Positions 28,616-39,924 of a stretch of 64,000 bases of DNA are shown one piece after another. How positions within the stretch are numbered: position 1 is the stretch's first letter; each line of letters opens with the position of its first letter. The stretch is from an uncultured candidatus Porisulfidus sp. (GTDB taxonomy: Bacteria > Pseudomonadota > Gammaproteobacteria > Poriferisulfidales > Oxydemutatoraceae): positions 1,632,001 through 1,696,000 of the forward strand of contig OZ244052.1 in NCBI GenBank assembly GCA_965215125.1, written 5' to 3'. The position numbers and the translations under genes are program-made. The notes beneath the pieces were generated by a model. The model saw only the letters and a list, made by a program, of their open reading frames with translations, searched no databases and had not been told where the DNA came from.

Positions 28616-31600
28616 TCCATCTACCCTAAGCCGCAATGTCTCTGGCGTGCCTGCTTCTAAAACGATGAGGTCGCTTAAATCACCACTGTCCTTGTCCATG
28701 AAAAGGTCGGTGTTATCCGATGTTCTCGAAACCGAAATCTTCGCAGTGTCGTTGATAGCGTAGGGTCTTAGTGCAATCTTAGTGGGACGACCGGGGGTTG
28801 TTATATCGTAGTTAAACACCAACGGTGAAAAAGGCTGATCTTGAAATACTCTGGCATTATCAAGCTGTACATCGTCTACTACAAAAAACAGGACACTCAA
28901 ACCCCGATCGCGAATAGTTTGACCGGATAACACCGCACCGCAAGGTGGTAGTGGCGTGTCGGGATTTACATCGCAGGCCGGGTTATCGCTGTCGTCGCCT
29001 CTGGCATAGCGCAATGCAGCGTAAGTCCGCGAGGTGCCGAAATCCCAATCGTCGCTACTCCAATTCGCATAAATATCGGTGGCACCGGTCGGCATCTGCA
29101 ACTGGGCGGTCATCAGACCGGTGCCACCACCTAGACTCTCTGTTCTTCGGCTCGTTTCGGTATCCCAATAGCTATCAAGCACTAATCCTCTATTATTAGT
29201 ATCACTGGAACCGCTTAACCCTCCTGCCTGAGTACTTCTGACCTCGGCGATGGAATAACTGTTGATAACTCTTGCAGTTGGAGTAAGAAAGTCACCGATA
29301 AGACCTCCCGAGTCAACAAGATTGCCAGCATCAGAGACACTACCTGCCGCATAACTATTAACGACAGACCCAAAGTCTTCAAGTTGCCCCACCAGACCAC
29401 CCAAATCGCCGTTGCTTCCTGAAACATCGGTATCGGCATAGCTATTGATAATTCTGCCTTCGCTGAGGCCACAGATGCCACCGGCAAAAAAACCGGCAGA
29501 ACCGGTTAATTCGACAGTGCCATGGGCATAACTGTTGATGATTAACCCGTCACTTTCGTTTTCACCGGCTAAAGCACCTGCCCACCTGTCTGTTGCCTTA
29601 ACCGAACTATCCCCATCTACATAGACATTCATCAGCCTACCTTCATTACGACCGAACAGCCCACCGACCCGAGCATTACCCTCTACTCGTATTTCCGACA
29701 ACCCGAAATTACGAATAGTGCCGAGATTGCCGGCAAATAAGCCTATCCGGTCAGTGCCGTCTCTATTGATGTGCAAATTGGAAATGCGATATCCGTTGCC
29801 TTCAAAAACACTGTTAAAACAACGACTATTTGAATTCGTGCAGAAAACACTAATAAAACCTATAGGCGACCAACCTAGTTTCGTAGTATCGGCAAAATCA
29901 TTGTCGCTCAGCACCCAGTTGTCGTTGACCATAGCCGATATATAACTTTGCGTCGTCGTAAAATCTAAATCCCCGACCAACTCATAACCGTTGCATCCGG
30001 TGTCGGGACAACCGGTGGTGATTATTAGACCACCAGACCTTTCTCTATAACCGCTACCGTCCAACCGGTGGCGAATGGCATCCAGATTATCCAAATAATA
30101 TATTTCTATCAAACCGTCGTCGTCGCGATCCACATCTATAACCGACGGACCTAGCGTATAGCTTGACATATCCCCTTGCCCGTCGGTATGGTTCACGATT
30201 ACACGATAACGGATTGTGCTGGTCGTATTGCTTGATAATGCATAGCGCGCGGTGTTGGCATCGGGAATATCGGTCCAATTATCACCGCTGGTGATTTGCT
30301 GTTGCCACCGATAGGTAAATGTGCCGACACCGTCCGGGTCATCCGTAATATGGGCTACGACCAACGAGCCGGTACCTCTATTCAATCTCAGTTGTGGGGT
30401 GCCGTTAGGGACTCTCTCGGCAATGAACGCAAGGTCGGCGCGTACTGTCTCAAATTCATCGGCAACCGTTATCGTATAGACGATAGTTTGCGTCGTCCGC
30501 TCGGCTGCCACAAAGTCGGGCGGTATAACGACATTAAAGGTTTCGGTGACAGTCGTGCTTTGCCTCTGCTCAAGCACCGTGTCGCCCTGTTGTAACGAAT
30601 ACGGATAGTTCCCGCTACCACCGGCAATCCCAACCGTTAACGAGACCGGTTGCCCCTCATCAATGATATTATCCGCTCCGGGCATACTATCGAAGCGCAC
30701 AATCCTCAACCTATTCGCGGGACCCACTTCTATGTTCAACCTATAAGTGACATTTCCTGCCGTAATCGTCACAACCTCGGTGGTACCCGCTTGCAACATG
30801 ATGTCGTTGCTTAACTCACCGTTGTTCTTGTCGGCAAAATAGTTGCTTTCGGTATCGCTTTGTTTGGTAATTGAAATCGTCTCGGTACTGTTGATAGCGT
30901 AGGGTCTTAATTGAAACATCGTCGTAGACGGCATTTTTATATCGTAATTAAACACCACCGGTGAAAAGGGTTGGTCTCGTAATACTCTGGTGTTATCTTG
31001 TTGTACATCATCTACTACAAAAAACAAAGTACTCAAACCCCGATCGCGGATAGTTTGACCGGATAACACCGCACCGCAAGGCGGTAGTGGTGTGTCGGGA
31101 TCTACATCGCATGCCGGGTTGTCGCTGTCGTCGCCTCTGGCATAGCGCAATGCCGGATAACTATCCTCATCGCCGAAATCCCAATCGTCGCTACTCCATC
31201 TGGCATAGATGCCCATCGTAGCATTTTGATTGGTCGGCATCCACAACTGAGCGGTAGTCCGACCGCTGCCACCCCTAGAAGTGCTTCTTCCGCTCGTTAT
31301 GGTGTCCCAGTAGCTATCACGCACTGTTCCAGGAATAATGTTTCCAGATAATAAACCCTGTGCATTGTCACTTGCTGCGACTGTGGCGATTGAATAACTG
31401 TTTCTAATCTCTCGTACATCAAGGACTCTACCAATAAGACCGGCCGACATCGATGAACCACCGGAAACAGAGCCTGTAGCATAACTATTGATAACAAATC
31501 CGCCGTCAATATTCCCCACTAGACCACCCGTACCAACTCCTGTTCCTGAAACCTCGGCATCGGCATAACTATTGATAATTGCGCCGTTGTTTTCGCCACA

Positions 31601-32374
31601 GATACCACCAACAAATGAAGTACCCGAGACAGTACCACGCACATAACTGTTGATAATTAACCCGCTACTTTCGTTTTTACCGGCTAGAAGACCTATGTTG
31701 TCACTTCTCCCTGTAACCGAACTATCCCCATCTACATAGACATTCATGAGCCTACCTTCATTACGACCGACTAGACCACCAACACTTATACGACCTTCTA
31801 CTCGTATTTCCGACAGCCCGAAATTACGAATGGTGCCGGTATTGCCGGCAAACATGCCTAAATCTTGAGAGTTGTCTCTATTGATATGCAAATTGGAGAT
31901 GCGATATCCGTTACCTTCAAAAACACTGTTAAAACAACTACTAATTGGATTCATGCAATTAATAAAAAAAGAACCTATGAATGGCCAACCGAATTTATTA
32001 CCGGCAAAATCATCGTCGCTAAGCACCCAGTCGTCGATGACCATACCGTTTACATAACTTTGCGTCGTCGTAAAGTCTAAATCCCTAACCAACTCATAAC
32101 CGTTACATCCGGTATCGGGACAACCTTCGGTAAGTGTTTCAGTCCCACGCCGTAGATTAGTGCCACTAAGATTATTCCGTATCGCATCCACATCGTTCAA
32201 ATAACACAGCTCTATCAAACCGTCGTTATCGTCGTCTATGTCTACGGGGGTGTCGGGGTCGTTATCGATTTCGGCAGCGCAATCATCGATACTCTCGTTT
32301 TGTGCGAAGACCGGTTGCACGGCGAGCAACCCCAAGCAGAGTAGTAGGCCGTATTTTCTAAAATTTACCTGCAT
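28616..32374 (-). pseudogene. Giant GLUG/Ig-like protein paralog 3, N-terminal part (interrupted by IS481)
   Basis: Signal peptide MQVNFRKYGLLLCLGLLAVQPVFA-Q followed by modules 1-2. Removing the IS and one TSD restores the frame ...LRVDG-LTYNFNL, giving ~3107 aa. Confidence 0.87.
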
Positions 32375-32451
32375 TTACACAATTTGTTATCAGTACTCAA
32401 GGGAATATCAAACCATTATATAGCAAATTATCTACTATAATAACCGACACT

Positions 32452-33357
32452 ATGCAGAATGTATTTCCGCAAAACATCATTGCAATCATTTGGGATTTCG
32501 ACGAGACGATGACACCCGAACCTATGCAAAAGGTATTGTTTGACGCTTATGGTCAGGCAAGTCAAACTTTTTGGGACGAAGTCAATAGATTACCCGCCGA
32601 ATACCAAACTAGAGGTTGCAACCAAGTATCCAACACACTGGTGTATCTAAATCACATTTTAGATTATGTGAAGGAGGATAAATTCAAGGATCTATCCAAT
32701 GCGCGCCTCAAAGAGCTGGGCAAGGGTATCGAATTCTACTCGGGGTTGGTAGGCCTCTTAAAAAATCTCAAAAAGATAGTCAAAGAACCGCCTTATTCAA
32801 ATTATCAGTTGAGCCTCGAACATTATGTGGTTAGCACCGGGCTTAAAAAACTGATTGAAGGCAGCGATGTGGCATCAAGCCTGACCGATATATGGGGTTG
32901 TGAGTTTATCGAAAACGAGCGGGGTTGCATAGAGCGTGTTATTTATGTATTGGACGATACAACTAAAACACGGGCGATTTTTGAAATCAATAAAGGTGTG
33001 AATAAAGATAGCAATATTCAAGTCAACGACTCCATTAAAGAAGATCAACGTCGCGTGCCTATAGAACATATGATTTACATCGCCGACGGTCCCAGCGATG
33101 TGCCGGTATTTTCGGTCATCAATAAACACGGTGGTAGAACCTTAGGTGTCTACAATCCGAAAAGCGCAAAAAAATACAAGGACGCATTTCAGTTGCGCCG
33201 AGACGAGCGTATCGATAATATGGAGGAAGCCGATTATGGGGAAAATAAGCCTGCCGCCCGTTGGCTCGAGGCGACGGTTCGCGAAATTGCCGACTCGATC
33301 GTCAAAAAGCGGGAGCAAAAGCGAGAACAAAGCGTTTCTCCGGCACCCGGCTATTAA
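32452..33357 (+). CDS. HAD-superfamily hydrolase
   Basis: Motif I WDFDETMTP, motif II YVVSTG and motif IV YIADGPSDVP. Confidence 0.85.
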   Translation: MQNVFPQNIIAIIWDFDETMTPEPMQKVLFDAYGQASQTFWDEVNRLPAEYQTRGCNQVSNTLVYLNHILDYVKEDKFKDLSNARLKELGKGIEFYSGLVGLLKNLKKIVKEPPYSNYQLSLEHYVVSTGLKKLIEGSDVASSLTDIWGCEFIENERGCIERVIYVLDDTTKTRAIFEINKGVNKDSNIQVNDSIKEDQRRVPIEHMIYIADGPSDVPVFSVINKHGGRTLGVYNPKSAKKYKDAFQLRRDERIDNMEEADYGENKPAARWLEATVREIADSIVKKREQKREQSVSPAPGY

Positions 33358-33442
33358 GTAGCTATCCGCCTATGTATAATAAGCAAATGAATACACGGCA
33401 TATCCGTTTTGCCGTATTGACATCTGATATGAGGACAAGCTA

Positions 33443-34330
33443 ATGCAAAGAATATTTTTACTGGTAGGCACTAACCTAGCTATTTTATTCATTCTGAACA
33501 TCGTTTTACAGTTATTCGGTATAGGAGACTGGCTGAGTTCCAGCGGTAGTGATCTCAATGTTACCGGTTTGCTGGTCATCTCTTTCATCTTCGGTTTTGC
33601 CGGGTCGCTGATATCGCTTGCGTTGTCTAAAACCATCGCGAAACGTACGATGGGGGTGAAGATTATAGAGGAACCGAGCAACCGGAACGAGAAATGGTTG
33701 TTGGATACCGTTGCTGCCCAAGCCGAAAAAGCCGCTATCGGCATGCCCGAAGTCGGCATTTTTGATTCGTCTCAGCCCAATGCGTTTGCCACCGGCATGT
33801 CCCGCAACAATGCTTTGGTTGCGGTCAGTACGGGTTTGTTGATGAGTATGGATGCCGACGAAGTTGAGGCGGTACTCGGACACGAGGTCAGCCATGTTGC
33901 CAACGGCGATATGGTGACTTTGACTTTGATTCAAGGGGTGTTGAATACCTTCGTCATTTTTTTCTCTCGCATCATAGGGCATATCGTCGATAGGGTGATA
34001 CTCAGATCTAATAGTTATAGTTTCGGTTATTTTATGACCGTCCTGTTTGCACAGATGGTACTGGGTGTGCTGGCGAGTATCGTCGTTATGTGGTTCTCTC
34101 GACGTCGAGAATTTCGCGCCGATTACGGGGGTGCCGAACTGGCAGGTAGAGATAAGATGATCGCAGCGTTGAAACGACTAAAATTAAAGAGCGAGGCGAA
34201 AGACTTGCCCAAGGAGATGGCAGCTTTCGGTATTTCCGGAAGTGTAGGCGGCTCCCTAGCTCGTCGTTTGTTCAGTAGCCATCCACCGATAGAAGATAGA
34301 ATTTCTGCATTAGAAAACACCGAGCTATAG
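33443..34330 (+). CDS. htpX: Membrane zinc metalloprotease HtpX
   Basis: Motifs PNAFATG, VLGHEVSHVANGDMVTLTLIQG, FSRRREFRAD and SHPPIEDRI. Confidence 0.95.
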   Translation: MQRIFLLVGTNLAILFILNIVLQLFGIGDWLSSSGSDLNVTGLLVISFIFGFAGSLISLALSKTIAKRTMGVKIIEEPSNRNEKWLLDTVAAQAEKAAIGMPEVGIFDSSQPNAFATGMSRNNALVAVSTGLLMSMDADEVEAVLGHEVSHVANGDMVTLTLIQGVLNTFVIFFSRIIGHIVDRVILRSNSYSFGYFMTVLFAQMVLGVLASIVVMWFSRRREFRADYGGAELAGRDKMIAALKRLKLKSEAKDLPKEMAAFGISGSVGGSLARRLFSSHPPIEDRISALENTEL

Positions 34331-34346
34331 ACCGACAATAGGTAGC

Positions 34347-35837
34347 GTGACTAGCCCGCACAAGCTCAAAGCCTTGCTACTTGGGCCGGTGTTGGCTGCG
34401 ATTGTATACTTGTTATTGCCCGAAACCTATAGTGATGTAAATGGTGTACAAACGGTTTTTACCGATCCTGCCAAAGTCATCATTGCACTTGCGATATGGA
34501 TGATCGTATGGTGGGTTTTTGAAGCGGTACATATCGCCGTTGTCGGTCTACTCCCCTTATTATTATTCCCGTTATTAACGCCCAGCGGGATCAAAACCGT
34601 TGCCCAGGCCTATAGCTCTCCGGTAATTTTCTTACTGATAGGCGGATTTTTGATCGGCTTATCGCTGCAACGATGGCATGTAGATAAGCGAATTGCTTTG
34701 TTGATTTTATCAAATATAGGTAGCCAGCCTAGAATCTTGATTTTGGGGTTTATGCTGTTATGCGTGGTGTTGAGTGCATTTATTTCAAATTCGGCAACTG
34801 CTGCGATGATGGTACCTATTGCGTTGACCGTTATTGCATTGCTGGAGAAGCGACACCCGGTGGGAGGCGACAATTCGCAGCGCAATTTTTCTATCGGTTT
34901 GATGCTGAGTATCGCTTATGCTTGTAATATCGGCGGTATCTCCACAATCGTGGGAACGCCACCGAATACTTTTGTCGTCGGTTTCGCAGACGATATGCTA
35001 GGCTATGAAATCTCTTTTGTCGACTGGAGCATTGCGGTATTGCCGGTGGTCTTGATTATGCTACCGCTAACTTGGCTATTATTGACCTATTTTATTTTTC
35101 CGGTTTCCGATCGGGCGATCGCCGGTAGCCGAGAATTGCTATACGAACAATATACACGGTTGCCGCCGCTCGCTCGCGGCGGCAAAATCACGCTGGTGGT
35201 CTTTGCATTGACTATCACTTTGTGGCTCGGCAGAACGCATATACAGGCACTGAGTTTTGACACCGAATCGGGCATCATCAAACCCTTCGCAGGCTTATCC
35301 GATGCCGGCATCGCACTGCTTGCGGCAATCCTGTTATTCGTTTTACCCGCCGGCAAAGGACAGCCGACTCTGGATTGGGATACCGCTAAGAAATTACCTT
35401 GGCATATCATTTTTCTATTCGGGGGGGGATTGGCATTGGCACACGCAATCAAAACCTATGAAGTAGATGTGATTATCGGGGGACAGCTTACCGGGTTGGT
35501 CGGATTGCCGGATATTGTAATTATGTTCACGATCGTCGCCTTGGTCGTTTTATTGACCGAGGTTACTTCCAATACCGCAACGACTGCGACCTTAGCACCG
35601 ATTATTTCTACCTTAGCCGTTACTTTAGGCATAGATCCGATATTGGCGATTACCGCGACTGCAGTCGGTGCCAGTTGCGCTTTTATGATGCCGATTGCGA
35701 CGCTACCTAATGCGATTGTGCTCGGGTCGGGTTATCTAAAAATTAAAGACATGGTCAAAGCCGGATTGGTTATCAACCTGTTCGCTATGGTTGTGGTCAC
35801 CCTGGTGATGTATTTTTGGAGCGACGGAATGTTATAA
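34347..35837 (+). CDS. DASS/SLC13 family sodium:dicarboxylate/sulfate symporter
   Basis: Polytopic membrane protein with FISNSAT, GTPPN, TEVTSNTAT and FMMPIATLPNAI motifs. Confidence 0.9.
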   Translation: MTSPHKLKALLLGPVLAAIVYLLLPETYSDVNGVQTVFTDPAKVIIALAIWMIVWWVFEAVHIAVVGLLPLLLFPLLTPSGIKTVAQAYSSPVIFLLIGGFLIGLSLQRWHVDKRIALLILSNIGSQPRILILGFMLLCVVLSAFISNSATAAMMVPIALTVIALLEKRHPVGGDNSQRNFSIGLMLSIAYACNIGGISTIVGTPPNTFVVGFADDMLGYEISFVDWSIAVLPVVLIMLPLTWLLLTYFIFPVSDRAIAGSRELLYEQYTRLPPLARGGKITLVVFALTITLWLGRTHIQALSFDTESGIIKPFAGLSDAGIALLAAILLFVLPAGKGQPTLDWDTAKKLPWHIIFLFGGGLALAHAIKTYEVDVIIGGQLTGLVGLPDIVIMFTIVALVVLLTEVTSNTATTATLAPIISTLAVTLGIDPILAITATAVGASCAFMMPIATLPNAIVLGSGYLKIKDMVKAGLVINLFAMVVVTLVMYFWSDGML

Positions 35838-35850
35838 ACCTCACCATGCG

Positions 35851-35870
35851 TATTCCCCTCCTTCGGAGAG
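35851..35870 (+). repeat. Palindromic repeat family B (ATTCCCCTCCTTCGGAG..), between convergent genes
   Basis: Related copies at ~1272, 40734, 40861 and 58592. Confidence 0.5.
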
Positions 35871-35883
35871 TAATAATAGGTTT

Positions 35884-36885
35884 TTACGGGTAGCTGATAA
35901 GTGTTTTAGAGGCTTCGCCGGGATATTCTTTAACCAGTTTGGGCACTAAATAGCCGGGTAATTCGGCATTGAGTTGCTTCATTATTCCAAGTGCTTCGGC
36001 TTCGGGTACTCTGAAGTGGGCGGTGCCGCTGACCGCGTCCAATAAATGCAGATAATAGGGTAAAACGCCCACCTCAAAACATCGTGTGCTTAATCGTTTC
36101 AATATCGCAGATTGATCGTTAACACCGTGCAATAGTACTGCCTGGTTGAGCAGACACAAATGGCGTAGCTTTGTCGTTGCTATTTCCACTTCTTTGTTTA
36201 TCTCGTTCGGATGGTTGATGTGAAAAACAATCACATAATGTTTAGGGCGCGACGCCAACCATGCCGATAGTTCATCATCTATGCGTGCCGGTAGAACAAT
36301 AGCTAAGCGTGTGTGTATGCGTATCCTACTAAGATGCGGGATGTTTTCTAATCGTTCGCAAAGCGTAAACAACTTGTTATTGCTATAACTCAGTGGGTCG
36401 CCGCCGCTCAATATCACTTCGTCTATTTCCGGTGCTTGCATCAGATAGTCGTATATCGCTTCTAGATTATTCCCCGAGATATTTTGGTCATAAGGAAAAT
36501 TTTTGCGAAAACAATAACGACAATGAATTCCGCATGCAGCCGATATAATCAACAGAACGCGTCCACGATATTTATGAATTAATCCTGCTAATCGGCGAGC
36601 TTGTAGATCTCCTACCGGGTCGTCGGTTTCACCTTCCACTGATACATGTTCGCGTTCCAAAGCCAACACCTGACGCAACAAGGGGTCGTCGGCTTGACCT
36701 TTATTGATGCGTGATAAATAGCTTTGCGGCACTTTCAGCGGAAATCTAGGGTTGTAGTCAACCCCCATTTCCCTAGCTTGCGTCGGTGTGATTTCCAATG
36801 CCTCAAGCAGCGCGGCGGTGTCCGTAATGGCATTGCTTAGCTGTTGTTGCCAGTTGGGCGGCGGTTGATTACGAGTATCATTCAT
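35884..36885 (-). CDS. epmB: EF-P beta-lysylation protein EpmB (KamA-family radical SAM lysine 2,3-aminomutase)
   Basis: HKYRGRVLL, CGIHCRYCFR, LSGGDPL, HINHPNE and PYYLHLLD. Located near efp and epmA. Confidence 0.93.
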   Translation of the reverse strand: MNDTRNQPPPNWQQQLSNAITDTAALLEALEITPTQAREMGVDYNPRFPLKVPQSYLSRINKGQADDPLLRQVLALEREHVSVEGETDDPVGDLQARRLAGLIHKYRGRVLLIISAACGIHCRYCFRKNFPYDQNISGNNLEAIYDYLMQAPEIDEVILSGGDPLSYSNNKLFTLCERLENIPHLSRIRIHTRLAIVLPARIDDELSAWLASRPKHYVIVFHINHPNEINKEVEIATTKLRHLCLLNQAVLLHGVNDQSAILKRLSTRCFEVGVLPYYLHLLDAVSGTAHFRVPEAEALGIMKQLNAELPGYLVPKLVKEYPGEASKTLISYP

Positions 36886-36987
36886 TTATAAAGTAGGTCT
36901 TGTATTATCGGTATTTAGTATATAATGTGTTCATATATTGTTTAACAAACTTGTTAACCGAGTTTGGATCATAAAAAGGGGGGGATA

Positions 36988-39924
36988 ATGAAAAAGCACT
37001 ATCAATTTGGCACATACTTGCCTATCTGCTTAATATCATTGCTGAGATTGGTAATATTTATTTTCTTGGTCTTATGTACGCAAACGATTCCTGCACAATC
37101 AAAATGCGAGAAGGACGACAACGGGATTCTATTATGCGATTTGTCAATTTCGCTAATAGAAGAAATACCTACGACTAATCCGAAAGTAGTAATAGAAAGG
37201 GCGTGGCAACCGACACTTGCCGAGCGTAACAACATTGAAAGACAACTTTGGGACTTTAGAGAAACTTGGTGCAAGACGACTTTAGGAAAATCAAGAATAC
37301 GCGATATTTCCGTTTTAAGGGGATATAAAAAATCCTCCTCGGATGTTGCACTCTATAAGCGCAGGGGACGTTCTTATTCCTATGTCGGAGCCTTTGCCGG
37401 GTTGAAGCCCAGCATCGTCGCATATTACGGCAGTTACTATGAACATGACGAATTCGATCGGTTCTTGGGTAGGGTTCTTGTGCATGAATTGTCCCATGCC
37501 GTGTTGAAAGTTTATGACGAATATAGAGAATTCGGTGCAACCTCGGCGCAATTTTGTGGAGATCCCTTGCAAAGCGACAGTCCTCGTCAGACGATGATGA
37601 ACGACCATAGGCGTTATACTAGATATAGTCATCCCGACGATTATCCGGGCATACCGACTCCTGCTACTGCGCAACATAGGTGCTACGGTAAGTCGGCGTG
37701 GGAAGTTTTGCTTCAACCCGAAAGATGCGATAGCAATTTATCCTTAGAAGTAAATGCGTGGTTTCCCAGACGGGATTATTTTGCCGAAACCGAGACTTGT
37801 GCGCCTTCTGATGTTCCCTCTATAGATACACTGCTACATCCCGATGTGGAGTCTGCCGTAAGCGCGTGTGTAGATATGACACGATCGGAGTCGAATATAA
37901 AATTTCTCTCGGGTTCCGAGAATGTTGTTATGGTGATTGATTCCGGTATTGATGAAACCGATAAAAAAATGGTAAGAGAGATATTGAGAAATACGATTTC
38001 TCTTCTTGTTCGAAATGTAGATATAGATGACATATTGAATCAAAATTTAGTTAGAGATCAAGACGCAGTCGAAAAGAGGCTTGCGTTGCTCGATTTTAAC
38101 GACACCGAGATATTCGGCTTAAAAGAAGTCAAGCAAAATCAACAAGTTTTGGAACAGCAACTTATTAATATATTGGCAAATAATCCTCAAACTCGAGGCA
38201 CCATAGACCAAAATTTGAGCTCCCTCAGGACAATTTTTAGTGACGACTCGAATATGATTATGGACGACCATAATGTCGTCATAATGATTTCCGATACCCC
38301 TACATCACCTTCGGCTTCTGCGCTCACCTTTTTCAAGGAAAAAGGTATTCCCATAAATGCGATAGCGATAGGCGAGCGATTCAACTTCGGTTTGAACAGG
38401 CTGGCGGCCGAGACCGGCGGCGATTACTATACGATAAACCCGGCACGGCATCGTGAGGTTCTTAGTCATGCGGTCGCGAACAGTTCCCCTTCCGGTGGTT
38501 TGTCCAACATAACAGATCTATCTAACAAAACTATTACACTTGACGGCCCTGCCCGGGAAGTTGAATTTGTGCCCGAAGGCACTGATTTGGTAATCATTAG
38601 TGTGGATGTAGAAGATGGTAATTTAGACGATGTCATTGTTATACCACCGACGGGCTCTGCTCCTGTTAGCCGGACTATGTCGCCGCAAAGAAGGTTCTTT
38701 GTTAGCTCTAATTCTTCGTCGGGTCAGTGGGAAGTTGTTATTACAGGTACGGGAAACCTCCTTTACAAATTTTCGATTCTAAATAATCTTTCTTTGAATA
38801 TTAATTCGGGCACGGAGATTGCTCCTAGGCCCACTGCAAATCGTACACCATGCTATGAGCTATCCGATCCGGTTCAAATTGCAATGTGTGTCTATCAACA
38901 AGTATGCCACGAAGACATTGGATTCGACGAATGTCCAAGTCAGCTTTTGGGAAACATGTCTAATCCTTCACCGATGCTTTTCGATTCGGATATCAATAAG
39001 CTGGTTTCATTACCGGTAATATATCCTGCTCCGGTAATGGTTAGAGCGCGTGTTCACGGCCGTCTACCGGTGCTTGGTGCAGATGTAGATGCCGAAGTTA
39101 CGACGCCCGACGACGATGCCATGCCTATAAAACTTAGTCTTTCGGACGACGGTAAGGCACCTGATCTCAGAGCCGGAGACGGTATATACTCGGGAATCTT
39201 AAAGGATTATTCTAGATACGGTAGCGGTGTATATTCGATTAAAGTGACTGCAAGCAATCCGGACGGCGAAGCGGTATTTGACGACACCGGCATTGCCACC
39301 TTCGGAACCAATCCACCGGAGCCTCCGCGCTCGGCACCACCGTTTGAGGTCGCCTCGTATCATCAGACCGAAGTCATAGTGCCTACACCCGACTCTGCCG
39401 ATGAGAGTCCGGCACGATTCCTTACAACCGACGGCATATTACATTGGGGGGTTATAGAAAGACCCGGGCATACAAATCGGTACAATTTTGTGGCAGACCG
39501 TACAGGTGTGCATTATATACAAACCAGTAATCTACTGAGCTACGACGAAGATATCGCGATGGCAACCCGTGTTCAATTATATGAATCGGCTTCGGAACAA
39601 AGCGATCTCTCATATCTGACGGAAAATGCAGCATACAAGGGAACAAATGTTTCTCATATTGCATATACATTGGATGAAGGTAAAAGCTATACGGTGGCGG
39701 TGAACCATGCAAATGATAACGGCAGGGGTGTCTATGGTCTTACGGTGAGCAGTGCTAATGACCTTTTATTCGCTCACGAGCTTAGCAGAGCAACAAACAG
39801 CGGCGGTGGCGTTGGCGTTGGCGGAGGAGGCGGGGGCATTGTGAGTCCCTTGCTGTTGATACTTCTGATAATCGCTTTCGTTATTCTCTACCGCCGGAAA
39901 AAGTATTATCAAAATGCTTATTAG
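36988..39924 (+). CDS. CLCA-like secreted zinc metalloprotease/VWA protein with GlyGly-CTERM anchor (~978 aa)
   Basis: Likely start ATG 36988 after a G-rich SD, then a signal peptide. Motifs: VHELSH...VYDEY, C..KSAWEVL, a degenerate VWA, PVLGADV, and LSDDG..PD...GDGIYSG. C-terminus is GGGGG + hydrophobic helix + RRKK. Confidence 0.75.
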   Translation: MKKHYQFGTYLPICLISLLRLVIFIFLVLCTQTIPAQSKCEKDDNGILLCDLSISLIEEIPTTNPKVVIERAWQPTLAERNNIERQLWDFRETWCKTTLGKSRIRDISVLRGYKKSSSDVALYKRRGRSYSYVGAFAGLKPSIVAYYGSYYEHDEFDRFLGRVLVHELSHAVLKVYDEYREFGATSAQFCGDPLQSDSPRQTMMNDHRRYTRYSHPDDYPGIPTPATAQHRCYGKSAWEVLLQPERCDSNLSLEVNAWFPRRDYFAETETCAPSDVPSIDTLLHPDVESAVSACVDMTRSESNIKFLSGSENVVMVIDSGIDETDKKMVREILRNTISLLVRNVDIDDILNQNLVRDQDAVEKRLALLDFNDTEIFGLKEVKQNQQVLEQQLINILANNPQTRGTIDQNLSSLRTIFSDDSNMIMDDHNVVIMISDTPTSPSASALTFFKEKGIPINAIAIGERFNFGLNRLAAETGGDYYTINPARHREVLSHAVANSSPSGGLSNITDLSNKTITLDGPAREVEFVPEGTDLVIISVDVEDGNLDDVIVIPPTGSAPVSRTMSPQRRFFVSSNSSSGQWEVVITGTGNLLYKFSILNNLSLNINSGTEIAPRPTANRTPCYELSDPVQIAMCVYQQVCHEDIGFDECPSQLLGNMSNPSPMLFDSDINKLVSLPVIYPAPVMVRARVHGRLPVLGADVDAEVTTPDDDAMPIKLSLSDDGKAPDLRAGDGIYSGILKDYSRYGSGVYSIKVTASNPDGEAVFDDTGIATFGTNPPEPPRSAPPFEVASYHQTEVIVPTPDSADESPARFLTTDGILHWGVIERPGHTNRYNFVADRTGVHYIQTSNLLSYDEDIAMATRVQLYESASEQSDLSYLTENAAYKGTNVSHIAYTLDEGKSYTVAVNHANDNGRGVYGLTVSSANDLLFAHELSRATNSGGGVGVGGGGGGIVSPLLLILLIIAFVILYRRKKYYQNAY

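Noticed and set aside
1399-32374. Classification of the giants as RTX/T1SS adhesins or autotransporters
   Set aside because: They have Sec-type signal peptides, no GGxGxD nonapeptide repeats, and no C-terminal beta-barrel or terminal aromatic residue.
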